From Lenisia limosa (lineage: Eukaryota; Protista; Breviatea), in assembly GCA_001655205.1 (NCBI GenBank), contig LPNZ01007209.1:1-34136 (forward strand): a DNA stretch of 34,136 bases. The letters run 5' to 3'. Numbering within the stretch: position 1 is the first letter of the stretch; every line of letters starts with the position of its first letter. The translations under genes and the position numbers were made by a program. Positions 25,201-34,136 of the stretch are shown piece by piece. The notes beneath the pieces were generated by a model. It did not search any database. It saw nothing but the letters and a program-made list of their open reading frames with translations, and was not told where the DNA came from.

Positions 25201-28200
25201 GTTTGTTGGATGTTCTCTCACTAAATTGTTTGTTGGATGCGATATCTGGTTATTGGGGGGTCACACTTCTCTTGGGCTTTGCCATTTATCCCAAAAAATT
25301 ATATTCTATGCACATTATACATTTGTATTTAATGTAGTATACCATATGATATATAGACTTCAAGTGCATCGTATAGTATACTATAGTTCTTCAAACCAAA
25401 TAAATTGGTCCTGGATTCCTTACTTTCCCCAGGTGTACAGTGAACATCACTCCTGTCCCCACGCTTCCGACGTTCACTGCATTCACTGCCCACTACTCTG
25501 GATGGGAAGACACTTCAGTACCTCTGAACATTGATGGAGTTTTACAAGGTTGTTTTATTGTTGTTTCTCCATTTGCACTGATCTTGATGAAAGGGTGCTA
25601 ACTCTGTAGATTTGGATGGATCTGAGATCCTTTTCGCTGTGTTCCATGGAGTCAGGGGAAGTTTATCCAGGTTGGTGGTTCTGAAGCTTGGAATTAACCA
25701 GTCATGCACTTCATTTCGCTGACGTTTCTTGTTTCTGACCTTGACTTGAATGTCTATTTGATCTTATTATTTAGCGGAGTCAATAGCGGTCCTTCAGAGT
25801 GGACTGTGCAATCTACAGATTTTGTCGGTCTTGCCTTGGACCCCATCCCGAACAGTGACGAACCGTTCAACGTCACGGTGTATCTCACTGCACAAGAAAC
25901 TGCCACTCTTGATACTATTGCGGTCAATCAGGCATTTTCTGTGGAGTTGCAGGCTGTTGCTGACCTTGCTACTGTTCAAAACGGCGAAATGAATGTGACC
26001 GAAGACAACCCTCTTGTACTGGTGGCACTTGCCGATATTGATCTCTCTGAAGTGGTGGTCATCAATGTGACGGGTGTGCCTGCTGGCGGCTGGCTGAATA
26101 TTGGCAACCTCACAGACCCTGCAACCGGCAAATGGGAAGTTACCCAAGCTCAGTTTATTGGGTCAGGTGTGAGTTCCCTGGTGTTCTGGCCGCCTTTGCA
26201 TTGGCATGGCAATTGCACTCTGCAAATCGGACCAGGTACGGTGGTGGAGCTGACCAATCAAGATAGTACACCCATTCCGGGCAACACCTTGGATGTGACT
26301 GTTCTTCCTATTCCTGACGCTCCTTTGTTGGAGGTCAACAGCTCGACAGCACTCGAGGACGCTACAGCTCAGATTGTGCTAGCTGGATCCTTAGTGGACC
26401 CTTCGGAGGCCATTTCTGACTATGTCATCACAGGGGTTCCTTTGGGGTGGTCGCTGGTTCCCGGCACGGAATCGCCACCAGGAACTTGGACAGTTCCTTT
26501 TGCTCCCGAAGTGACGGTGGGAGTAACTGCTATCCCCCACCAAAGTGGTGTTTTTTCTCTTTCCGTTTCGCTCACTTCTTCTGAACAGTCAACTTCCGAC
26601 TCGGCAACCACTGCTGTTGCCCCGGTCGTTTCGTTTACAGCGGTGGCGGATGCAGCTACTCTTGCGCACCCCGCTGTCATATCTACGTACGAAAATGGCA
26701 ACGTCACGTTTGATATTGCGTGCACGAGTGTTGATTCAGACGGATCCGAGGTCGTTACCCTTTCTATCATTGGACTTCCTGGCAGCTCAACATCATCAAG
26801 TGGTGCTATCAGCGGGACTGTTTTGCTGTTCGACAGCAGCGCATCTTCAGTGAACATAACAGGGGTGAGCATCTTCCTGCCGCCGTACTGGTCTGGCAAT
26901 GTGTCTCTTGGAACAGTATGCTGGACCGAAGAAGGCAATGGAGACAGAAAGCAGTCCAATGACACCATGCTGCTTTCGGTTCATTCCGTGCCAACAATGC
27001 CATCAATGGTGCTGACCAATAGCCCACTTGGCAACGAGGATTCTGCGATTGCAGTGACGCTCGATATCGATTTAGTGGATACTGATGGAAGTGAGACTCT
27101 TAGTACACTGAGACTATCTGAACTTCATCCTAACGCCACAGTGTCCCCTGGAACCCGAGTATCATCAACATCTTGGACCTTGTCTGGACCAAGCGAGTGG
27201 TCTAGTTTTGCCGTCACCCCGCCGAGCTTCGACTCTACGGACTTCAGCTTTATTGCAATGATTGATGCGATCGAAAGTGACACTCTTGACTCGATCTCGA
27301 GAGCCATTTCTATCCCCATTTCAGTCACAGCCGTTGCCAACCCTCCGTTTGTCGGACTTGTCTCCGCCGGTTCCGGTCCTGAAGACACGGCTATTACGGC
27401 GATAGTTGACGTGGCTCTGGTTGACTTTGACTCTTCTGAAACCCTGTCTGTTCAAATCCACAGCCTACCTACAGGCTCATCTGTTCAGAACTGTGTCCCT
27501 CTGAGCTCGACCAGTTGCGCATTCAACACGACATTTCTTCCAAACATTGTCTTCACCCCCGCCCTTCACGATGACACGGACATTACCCTGGTCTTGGAAG
27601 CGATCGCCACCGAACAGTCCAATAATGACGAGGCGTCCTCAATGCTCAATGTTTCTTTCGAAGTCATTGCTGTCACGGACCCCATTATATTCCACAGTGT
27701 CAGCATTATCTCAAGGGAAAACGATGACGTTGTCCTTCCTATCGCTCTTGTTGACCCTGACTTGAGTGAGCATCTTTATCTCAATATCAGCCTTCCTCCA
27801 GACTTCGTTTTGCTTCCCGGTTCTCTTATCAGCGGCTCCTGGATTGCAGTTGTCACGGATGGTTCCGACGTCGTCATTCGGCCCCCATTATATGCCAGCG
27901 GAGTGTTCTTCGTCAATGTCACGGCTTACTCGCAGGAACAAGCTGATAGCGCTCTTCGCCTCGACGCTCCCTTCACAACGATCACGCTTACTATTCGCGC
28001 CGGCGCAACCCCTCCACAAACTTCCATCCACCATGCCATGGGTTTGCCTAATAAGGTAATTGCCTTATCTGTCAACTGTAGTCTCACTGACCCTGGAGAA
28101 ATCCTTCTCCCTGTTCATATCACGGGGCTCCCTCCTCCATTTTTACTGTCCTCTGGAGTTTATGACACAGCCAATGACACTTGGGTTGTCCCTTTGGCTG

Positions 28201-31200
28201 AAATGCACAATTTAACTGTATCTCACCCTGGTCCATCAGCAGCCGTCAACATCACCTTGATGGGCTACTCTTTTGACCCGCGGAGTAACACCACTGCAAA
28301 CTCCACCGCGATTGCCTCGGTTCAGATCATTGATCTGCCTGCCACACTCCCTCCTGTCACCAAGTACATAGCCTCGGTTTCTGTCAGAACCCTGGAAGAC
28401 ACCATTGTTGCGCTTGGTGTTCTAAGTAATCTAAGTCTTGCTGAAGTGTCTCCACTTCTCAGTGCAAGGCTCTACAATGTTTACGGAACTCTCACGTGTG
28501 GCTCCCTGGTAATTCCCAGGGTTTGGGAAGTCTTGTGGAGTGATTTAGCCTCTTGCCTAATCCTGCCACTGCCATTTGTTTCGCAGACGACTCAGATCTC
28601 GGCAGTTTTCTTCGTCAATGAAGCACCGCATCTCGGCGTTTACGTCCGTCTCCTGAACTTCTCCGTCGAAGCCGTTGCCAACACTCCACTGTTGGAGGTT
28701 CCTATGGAACCTGTTGTTTTAGACCAAGAGATCCACACTCCTCTCAGTATTAACAGTAGCCTGGTTGATCTTGACGGATCTGAAGAACTTTCTTTGACCA
28801 TCAGTTCGGTACCAGCATGTCTGTCATTCAATCTCGGAGCCCCACATAACACTACTTGGGTCATTGCACATCTCGAAGTAGGCAAACTGTCAAATTTGAC
28901 TGTTTACGCTCTGCCTCAGTGTGACGGGGCCCATGTAGTTGAAATGTCAGCAGAATCGATGGAGGTTTCAAATAATGACACATCAAGCATTTTTGCTAAC
29001 TTTACCCTTCACGTTCTTCCGCAGTCTGACGGAGCAGATATTACGATATTAGACTTCTTGACAGACGAGGATTCAAGCGTCAATCTTGACTGGATTGCTG
29101 TTCCGGTCGATTCGGATGAGTCCCTTGAGCCTGTTGCCCTTGTTTCAGGGCTGCCCGGTACACTGTCACCTGCCAATGAAGTCGGTTCTGGGGCCTTCGA
29201 AATCGACGAAAGCAATTGGTCGTCAGTGTCCTTCACCCCCACGCACAACATCTACGGCAACTTTTCTGTCAGCATTTCTATCCGCTCTGTCTCTGCGGGA
29301 TTGTTGGCATACCCAGTTCCGGCGCCTCTTATGACAACCACGTCATTTCAGATTGTCATTAATCAAGTTGATGATCTTCCTGAAGGCACACTCACAACAT
29401 CGGAAGACATTTGCCAAGTCGGCCTACTTTGTTCAGGCTTTTCCCTACATATATCCGAAGCAATTGGTCCCATAAACGTAACGGTTTCGTCAGCGGATGC
29501 TTTAATTATTCTAGATCCTTCCACACCCTCAGTCATTGATTTGGCATTAACAGAAATATCGTCAAATGGCGCTACTGTCCTCCTTTCTGGTGGTGTATTG
29601 GAAGTGATGTCGGCAGTTCAGTTCATTCGAGTTTTGAGAGAAGTTCCTTCGGAAGCCTTATCCCATTACCCCCAAGCAATGGTGGTGTTTAGCATTACGG
29701 ATTTCGGGCTCAATGAACCCCTAGAATTTATTAAATCATTGACGGGAGTGAAAAAATTCAACCAGCCACCCCAGGCCCTTGGATTAGTGCTAGAGATGAC
29801 CGAAGAGACCTCACAGACTTTTTCGGTGGCTGAAATTGCCGTCAACCCTGAGAATGATGGCATGATACTGAAAGAGGTGCATTGTTTACCCTCCTATTTC
29901 TGCTCCACATCTGTTAACAATACGCATGTGACTGTCTCCCCCAAATTGGACATGTTTGGCTCTTCAGTGCTCCGTTGTTTAGTGGCAGACTCGTTCAATA
30001 ACACTGGTCCAATAGACGCTAATGTCACAATCGCTAACGTCAATGACCCCCCTGTGGTGATTGCACCCCCAGTTCTCGCATTTATTGAGGACGGGATTTC
30101 TGGAATTGGAGTTTGGAGCATTATTGACGTTGATAATGAAACTATTTCGGTAACTATCGAAACTACTTCCAGTGATAGAAGAAGGTCCATCCCACAACCC
30201 ACTATCATGGTACCCGGAGGAACCCCGGAAATAGAGTCATCCGCAGTGACGGTTGGCACAAATGCCACGTCAATTATCACATTAACTGGAAAGGCTGTCG
30301 ACATCACTAAATGCATGATGAACGTTCGAGTGACGCTACCTCCGCATTCGACTTCCACAATCGAAGTTCTTGTTTCTGCCGTTGACACAGAGTATCAAGT
30401 TCACTCGCCAGGAATAGTGACTAATATTACTGCTGTTGACGACGTGCTTGTCAGACAATGGCAAAGCGTTGAGTTTCAGATTTGGAGTGACCTCACGCGC
30501 ACTCTTACGCCAGCGCAACTTGGCGTGGTTGATGTGGATGGTGACTTGGACCTTTCTTCCGCTGCCGTAGTCCTGATTTCTGGATCTGACCAAATCTCAG
30601 CCGAACCCATGACGGGCGGTATTCGGTTCACTTCCGCTGGCAGCTGGGGAGGCTCGGAGATTGTCGGAAACTATTCTGTTTGTGACCTGAATCTGTCGTG
30701 CGTGGCTGTCAATATATCAATCGAAGTGAGGGGATTGTTCTTGTAGCTATATTACTGTGTACTATATGATATGTATAATCCTCAAATTCATCTTCTCAAG
30801 TTCAGCAGCGCATCTGTTTTGCATTGTTTCACTCTTGCAGCTCCTTGAAGCCCCCTGTCTGGTCCAAGCCGAAGCCAGCGACCCCACCAACCTCATCGCA
30901 ACCTGCAGTACAGGCGACCTGATTACGCTAGAGTTTTCCTCGGATTGCCTTCCTGCTGACCCCCATGAGTTCTTAAACTTCTCACACCCTGGTGGGAAGG
31001 GATGGCTGGAATAGAATTCAGTTAACATTGTAAAATACGGGGTTTTGCTGTTTGAAGATATAGCCGTCTATTTCATTTTACCATATCAAACCAATTCCCC
31101 AAACATTCATGGTCACATTGAATGATTAACTAGATATTAGCCTCAGTTGTGTCGTTTTTGACCATTGTAGTTGGAGATTATGATTACATTTGGAAGACGG

Positions 31201-34136
31201 CCAGGACTTTAGAACTCAGTATCACAATAGAAGACCCGTTGACACCTATTCTTGCCCCTAGTATCAAGGTCTCTGTTGCAAGCAATTCACTCCTTGTCAA
31301 CTCATCAGTAGTGGACAGAATAGGCAGTTTTACTGCTGTATCACTTTCCTTATTAGGCAATTGGGGGACATCCATACCCAAACTTCTTAAAGCGGAGGCA
31401 AGTGGTTCCTCTGACAACTCCATCATGAGCCCTGGAGACTCTGTCACTCTCTACTTTGACCAGGTAGGGTTCTTTCTTTTGGCATTTGTTGAATCATTTG
31501 TACAGTTACGTCGTTGCCTTTCAATGAAAACTAGGGTAACGCAGATCACCATATATATGGGTATTGAGGAGGCATGACATTTTTTTATTTCAAAAAACCG
31601 GTACTGACCACCCCAGGCTACGGAGCAATACCCGTCGGGCCTCACCTTGATCCCTTGGCTATCTTTCAATCCCCCAATTCAGTTGCTGACAAACATTACC
31701 TGGGAGTCCGCAGCAACTGCAAGGATGGCTTTACTTGCGAATAGCACCTGGATAGTCCCGGGACCTCTTGCCCTTCCGGACCCCTACATCCCGGCAGATC
31801 TTAAGATCTCGACACAAGGCCTGAATAACGCTGCTGGTAGGCTGTCAATATATATATTTGCCATAAATAGCTTAGTGTAAGTATTATGTACTACAAAGAG
31901 AACTATAAAATTATATCTCCCTATTACCCTATTAGGAAACGCCAATCTGACAGAAGTGAGCCAGCCACTTGCCTTATCTGGAAACTGGGGTAGAAAAGCA
32001 CCTGCCATTATTGAGACTGTCATCCTTACTGAGGACAAGACGAAGATCAAGATCACTTTTTCGGACGAATTCCCCCCCAATGGTGTGGATTTCTGGACTG
32101 TTTTCAAGGTCACCGGACCTGTTATATCCAATCCTGTGGTTCAGTGGTCCAATTCAATGACCATGCTTGTGACTAATCCCGACTCCTCCAAGCCTGTTGT
32201 TACGGGTCCTGAAACCGTCACGATTTGCCCTATGCCGCCTGAAGATCTCGTGGCCTACACGTGGCGTGAGGCCCAACAGTTACTCCGAACGGGTTTAACC
32301 GGCCTCGGCCCACCACTCAGCGGAAACTGCCTCTCCATCGAATCTGTTTCGTCCATCAAGGCATCCTCTGCTCTGATCACCATGATCCTGCCAGCCACTG
32401 GAGCCACCAGCGCCGCCGTGTTTGCGTTTGTCGTCTTTTTCCTTCGCAAACCAAAGCAGAAGAAGTCCAAGATCCTTCGTCTGCCTTTTGAACTTCCAAT
32501 CTATCTCAGTAAACCGTTCCAACCTCCTCCAATGGACACGTTTGACCCGGACCAATGGGCACGTGACCATGGCGACACGTACTCCGACATTGCTCCAAGC
32601 CAGGTACCGGAGCTGATTGGCCGGGCCGAAGTGTTAGGCGTGGAGACTGACACTCTTGAGGAAGAGCCGACAGACGATGATCCGAAAACAAAGGTTGCCA
32701 GAGTTTGTTTTAATCTTGGAATATTGTCTTTCAGAAGTGCCTATGTTTTAACATTATAAAACTGACTATTACGTACGCTGGGGTGATGGGATGCGGTGCT
32801 GCTACAGAAGCTGGGGATGATGGGATGTGGTTCTGCTACAGAAGCGACTGGCCTGGGCTCTGTTTGTTTTGTTGTTATTAACCCTCGTGCGTTATCAGCC
32901 AACAGAGTTATTCGTGCTTTTTGCTTCATAAATGTTCCAATTTTACTCACCCACACCAGGATCCCTATTCTGTTGGCCTCCCTGAAAGTGATGAGGACAC
33001 ACCACGAGGCCAAGACCAATACAACGCACTTGTTACCCCAGGTTTTATATATAGCGGCGAATCCAACAACGATGAGGATGAAGGAACCTCTGTTGATGAT
33101 CAAAAGACCACAGAATTCTCTGGAGCTGACAGTTTTGTGGAATCTTCATCTGACCCTTCACCAGCAACCCCCAGACCATTGCACACCGCGTCCGAAAATA
33201 GTGACAGCGTCTGTTTACTCCCTGGTATGCCAGCATCACACGATGAAAGCGCCCCAATTGCTCCTTTTTCGCCGCCGCAGCTGCAAAAGAGTGTTGTGCC
33301 TGACAAGGATGAAGAGGATCTTCCAATCTACTCGCTGAAGAACCTCACATCAAGCTCCACAGTCAGCGTTAGCAATGTGGAAATTGAAGCCCCTTCAAAC
33401 CCCCTCTCTCGCAACTCGTCGCTGCATTCCTTCGGCAGTCGATCGTCGCACAAGATCGGGCCCCTGGGAAGGCGAGCGTCGTTCTCGCATTCGGCGTCCT
33501 CCCCAATCACAACGCTTGACACACTCAATGCCGCTAATATGATGGTTTGTCACGATAGGCTCCACTGAACTAATGTCTACGTGATGTTCATAGTATCCGG
33601 GGAGTCATACATGTTGTTGACCTTTTAGCACTTTAAGGAGAAGCTTTCCTCCCTCGAGCTTCAAGGCAGCGCGTGGGACTCTGAAAAGGGTGGGTCGAAG
33701 AGCACCTTTTGCCCCGCTCCTAAAGCGGTCTTTTTTGTATCATGAGTATTTGACCCCCCCCCCCCAGNNNNNNNNNNNNNNNNNNNNNNNNNNNNNNNNN
33801 NNNNNNNNNNNNNNNNNNNNNNNNNNNNNNNNNNNNNNNNNNNNNNNNNNNNNNNNNNNNNNNNNNNNNNNNNNNNNNNNNNNNNNNNNNNNNNNAAGAC
33901 GAAGAAGGCGGATGTCTGTGAGTGTTTCTGAAGTTCCGACGTTCATGAAGGCTGCTAATGAGGCTGCATGTGAGGGGGACATTTGATCTGTGATCGTATC
34001 TTTGCTTCTTGAAACTCCCTTCAGTATAGCTATGTAACTATGTACTCACAGGTGCCGACGACAGGAACACGCTGAAGCCTTCTTCTAGCACCCCGGCCAC
34101 GCCACTATCCAAGTCCCCCGAAAGGCGGAGGGGCGG
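4211..34136 (+). CDS. Giant multi-exon single-pass surface protein (adhesin/receptor-like): signal peptide, PSI-like modules, tandem bacterial-type Ig/cadherin-like repeats, TM helix, long cytoplasmic tail; 3' end outside the window
   Basis: ATG 4211 begins MSIACSIRLWQGLALALFLLSAWAN followed by a GTATGA donor. Dozens of GT-AG exons carry recurring VNDAP/NDPP/EDT/DxDGD motifs. Long open exons at 7681-10332 and 25775-30725; TM at 32370-32444. The last visible exon (34052-34136) is still open. Junctions checked by hand stayed in frame and no internal stop/TM suggesting a gene break was seen, but not all were checked, the 4450-4830 exons are ambiguous, and four gaps interrupt it. Confidence 0.85.
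5060..5113. repeat. Tandem duplication (period 28) over a splice acceptor
   Basis: TCCTTTTCATAGTCTTACCCCCCTGGTA / TCCTTTTCATAGTCTTGCCCCAGGTA. Confidence 0.8.
5311..5358. repeat. Tandem triplication (period 17) over a splice donor
   Basis: GGTTGTGATCG|GTGAGT, GGTTGTGATCGATGAGT, GGTTGGGATCGATT. Confidence 0.85.
6061..6152. repeat. Tandem duplication, 2 x 46 bp, over a splice acceptor
   Basis: CGTATTGACGTT(A/T)TAGACTGGCCTTTTGGCACTTTGCCCCGTGCTG twice with one mismatch. Confidence 0.92.
6256..6289. repeat. Tandem duplication, 2 x 17 bp, intronic
   Basis: TGTTGGTGGATAAGGGT twice, 18 nt after the donor at 6238. Confidence 0.85.
6658..7151 (+). other. Two PSI-like (plexin/semaphorin/integrin) cysteine-rich modules
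   Basis: CASLTTCSECATSPLCGW[gap]...GECLYGIESGPLIGECFSTNYFYDDC and HCSRYGNSSSCVVDMSCGIC. The CxxxxxCxxCxxxxxCGWC pattern is typical of PSI repeats; partly interrupted by the N gap. Confidence 0.7.
6713..6813. other. Assembly gap (101 N)
   Basis: Run of N inside the PSI-coding region. Confidence 1.
7681..10332 (+). CDS. Intron-free 2,652-nt exon (884 aa) of divergent Ig-like repeats
   Basis: Acceptor catAG|TAC at 7680/7681 and donor TCA|GTCAGG at 10332/10333 splice in frame to neighbours; matches the 899-aa ORF. Repeating I/V-x-S-L-P-x-x-G-x-L motifs (TSLPDTGMLF, SSLPSNGRLF, LSLPSSGSLH, TSFPSEGSIW, TSLPSNGSLF). Confidence 0.85.
11056..11121. repeat. Tandem duplication, 2 x 33 bp, over a splice donor
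   Basis: CAACTAATGGGGTTTTGATG|GTATGAGTGGCCT / CAACTAATGGGGGTTTGATTGTATGAGTGGCCT. Confidence 0.9.
11208..11274 (+). repeat. Dispersed intronic repeat family B, copy 1
   Basis: GATGGAATGCGGTGCTGAAGAAGCGACTGGGCTTTGTTTGTTTTGTTGTTAACCCGTGTGTTGTCAG aligns with 32819-32898; abuts an N gap. Confidence 0.75.
11275..11420. other. Assembly gap (146 N)
   Basis: Run of N. Confidence 1.
14703..14765. repeat. Direct repeat of 26 bp (period 37) at an exon start
   Basis: GTTTCATCAGTCGTCGCCTTGTAGAA / GTTTCATCAGTCGTCGTCTTGTAGAA. Confidence 0.88.
16299..16393. other. Assembly gap (95 N) after a poly-C tract
   Basis: Run of N; probably hides an exon start. Confidence 1.
20835..20903. repeat. Tandem duplication (31 bp, period 38) over a splice acceptor
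   Basis: TCTTTAGGCAGTGTTTCAAATCAACGCCACC twice, identical. Confidence 0.9.
21906..21998 (+). other. Intronic hairpin-forming element, copy 2 (intron of the giant gene)
   Basis: GCTGTGTGCTCAGAGTTGTAAGGC...TGAATTAATA...AATATCTCTTATAAGCGTAATGTGGACAGCTTCGGCCAGAT; AAGCTGT/ACAGCTT and TTGTAAG/CTTATAA arms pair. Confidence 0.8.
25193..25239. repeat. Direct repeat of 20 bp (period 27) just after a donor
   Basis: ACTAAATTGTTTGTTGGATG at 25193-25212 and 25220-25239. Confidence 0.85.
25775..30725 (+). CDS. Intron-free 4,951-nt exon (about 1,650 aa) carrying about 9 RTX/T1SS-adhesin-like repeats plus a few VNDPP-type repeats
   Basis: Acceptor ttAG|C at 25774/25775 in phase 2 with the preceding DLDGSEIL exon; donor GAA|GTGAGG at 30725/30726; matches the 1680-aa ORF. 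Motifs DIDLSEV, DPSEAI, DSDGSEV, DTDGSETL, DFDSSETL, DPDLSEHL, DPGEIL, DLDGSEEL, DSDESL, with AVADxxxL/IPDAPLL/AVANxP linkers, W-containing turns and PPxxxG motifs. Confidence 0.88.
30841..32340 (+). other. Membrane-proximal repeated beta-rich domain (2-3 copies), unassigned
   Basis: APCLVQAEASDPTNLIATCSTGDLITLEFS, IPKLLKAEASGSSDNSIMSPGDSVTLYFDQ and a weaker APAIIETVILTEDKTKIKITFSD share a P-x-(L/I)-x-x-A...GD-x-(I/V)-x-L-x-F pattern. Confidence 0.5.
32370..32444 (+). other. Predicted transmembrane helix of the giant protein
   Basis: ALITMILPATGATSAAVFAFVVFFL immediately followed by RKPKQKKSK (positive-inside rule), consistent with type-I topology. Confidence 0.85.
32819..32898 (+). repeat. 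Dispersed intronic repeat family B, copy 2 (5' part itself tandemly duplicated, 32777-32843)
   Basis: GATGGGATGTGGTTCTGCTACAGAAGCGACTGGCCTGGGCTCTGTTTGTTTTGTTGTTATTAACCCTCGTGCGTTATCAG, inside intron 32694-32959. Confidence 0.75.
33768..33895. other. Assembly gap (128 N) directly after a poly-C acceptor (CCCCAG)
   Basis: Run of N; probably hides a cytoplasmic-tail exon. Confidence 1.

Larger units (their letters stand above)
32445..34136 (+). other. Cytoplasmic tail exons (about 350 aa visible plus gap), acidic and Ser/Pro-rich, probably disordered
   Basis: Exons ...-32693, 32960-33544, about 33629-33689, gap, 33896-about 33970, 34052-end; composition dominated by S, D, E, P; no stop reached. 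Confidence 0.7.

Noticed and set aside
30175-30189. DRRRS basic cluster as a possible furin/kexin shedding site
   Set aside because: Lacks the canonical R-x-x-R P4 arginine and occurs once; unsupported.
1-34136. Bacterial origin of the contig (adhesin-like ORFs, bacterial ORF caller)
   Set aside because: Both genes are interrupted by many GT-AG spliceosomal introns and DCAF13 is eukaryote-specific.

Overview
Eukaryotic, very intron-dense genomic window (GT-AG introns, standard genetic code). The supplied ORF track uses bacterial start codons and ignores splicing, so most of its short ORFs are exon fragments or antisense shadows. On the minus strand, 548-3759 is a complete 17-exon DCAF13/SOF1 gene (about 452 aa, WD40 SSU-processome factor). 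Head-to-head with it, a very large plus-strand gene starts at 4211 and runs off the right end. It encodes a predicted type-I membrane protein, roughly 5,000-6,000 aa by my estimate: signal peptide, an unassigned Cys-containing N-terminal domain, two PSI-like modules, dozens of Ig/cadherin-like repeats resembling bacterial giant adhesins (VNDAP-type and DxDGSExL-type), one TM helix and a long acidic Ser/Pro-rich tail. Most of its exons are tens to a few hundred nt, but two are intron-free blocks of 2.65 kb and 4.95 kb. Non-coding features: (i) a ~95-nt hairpin-forming element shared by an intron of each gene, (ii) a second ~70-80-nt intronic repeat present twice, (iii) eleven short tandem duplications, seven of which copy a splice junction or exon edge into the adjacent intron. 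Four N gaps hide some sequence. Only part of the giant gene's splice junctions were checked by hand, and no databases were searched.
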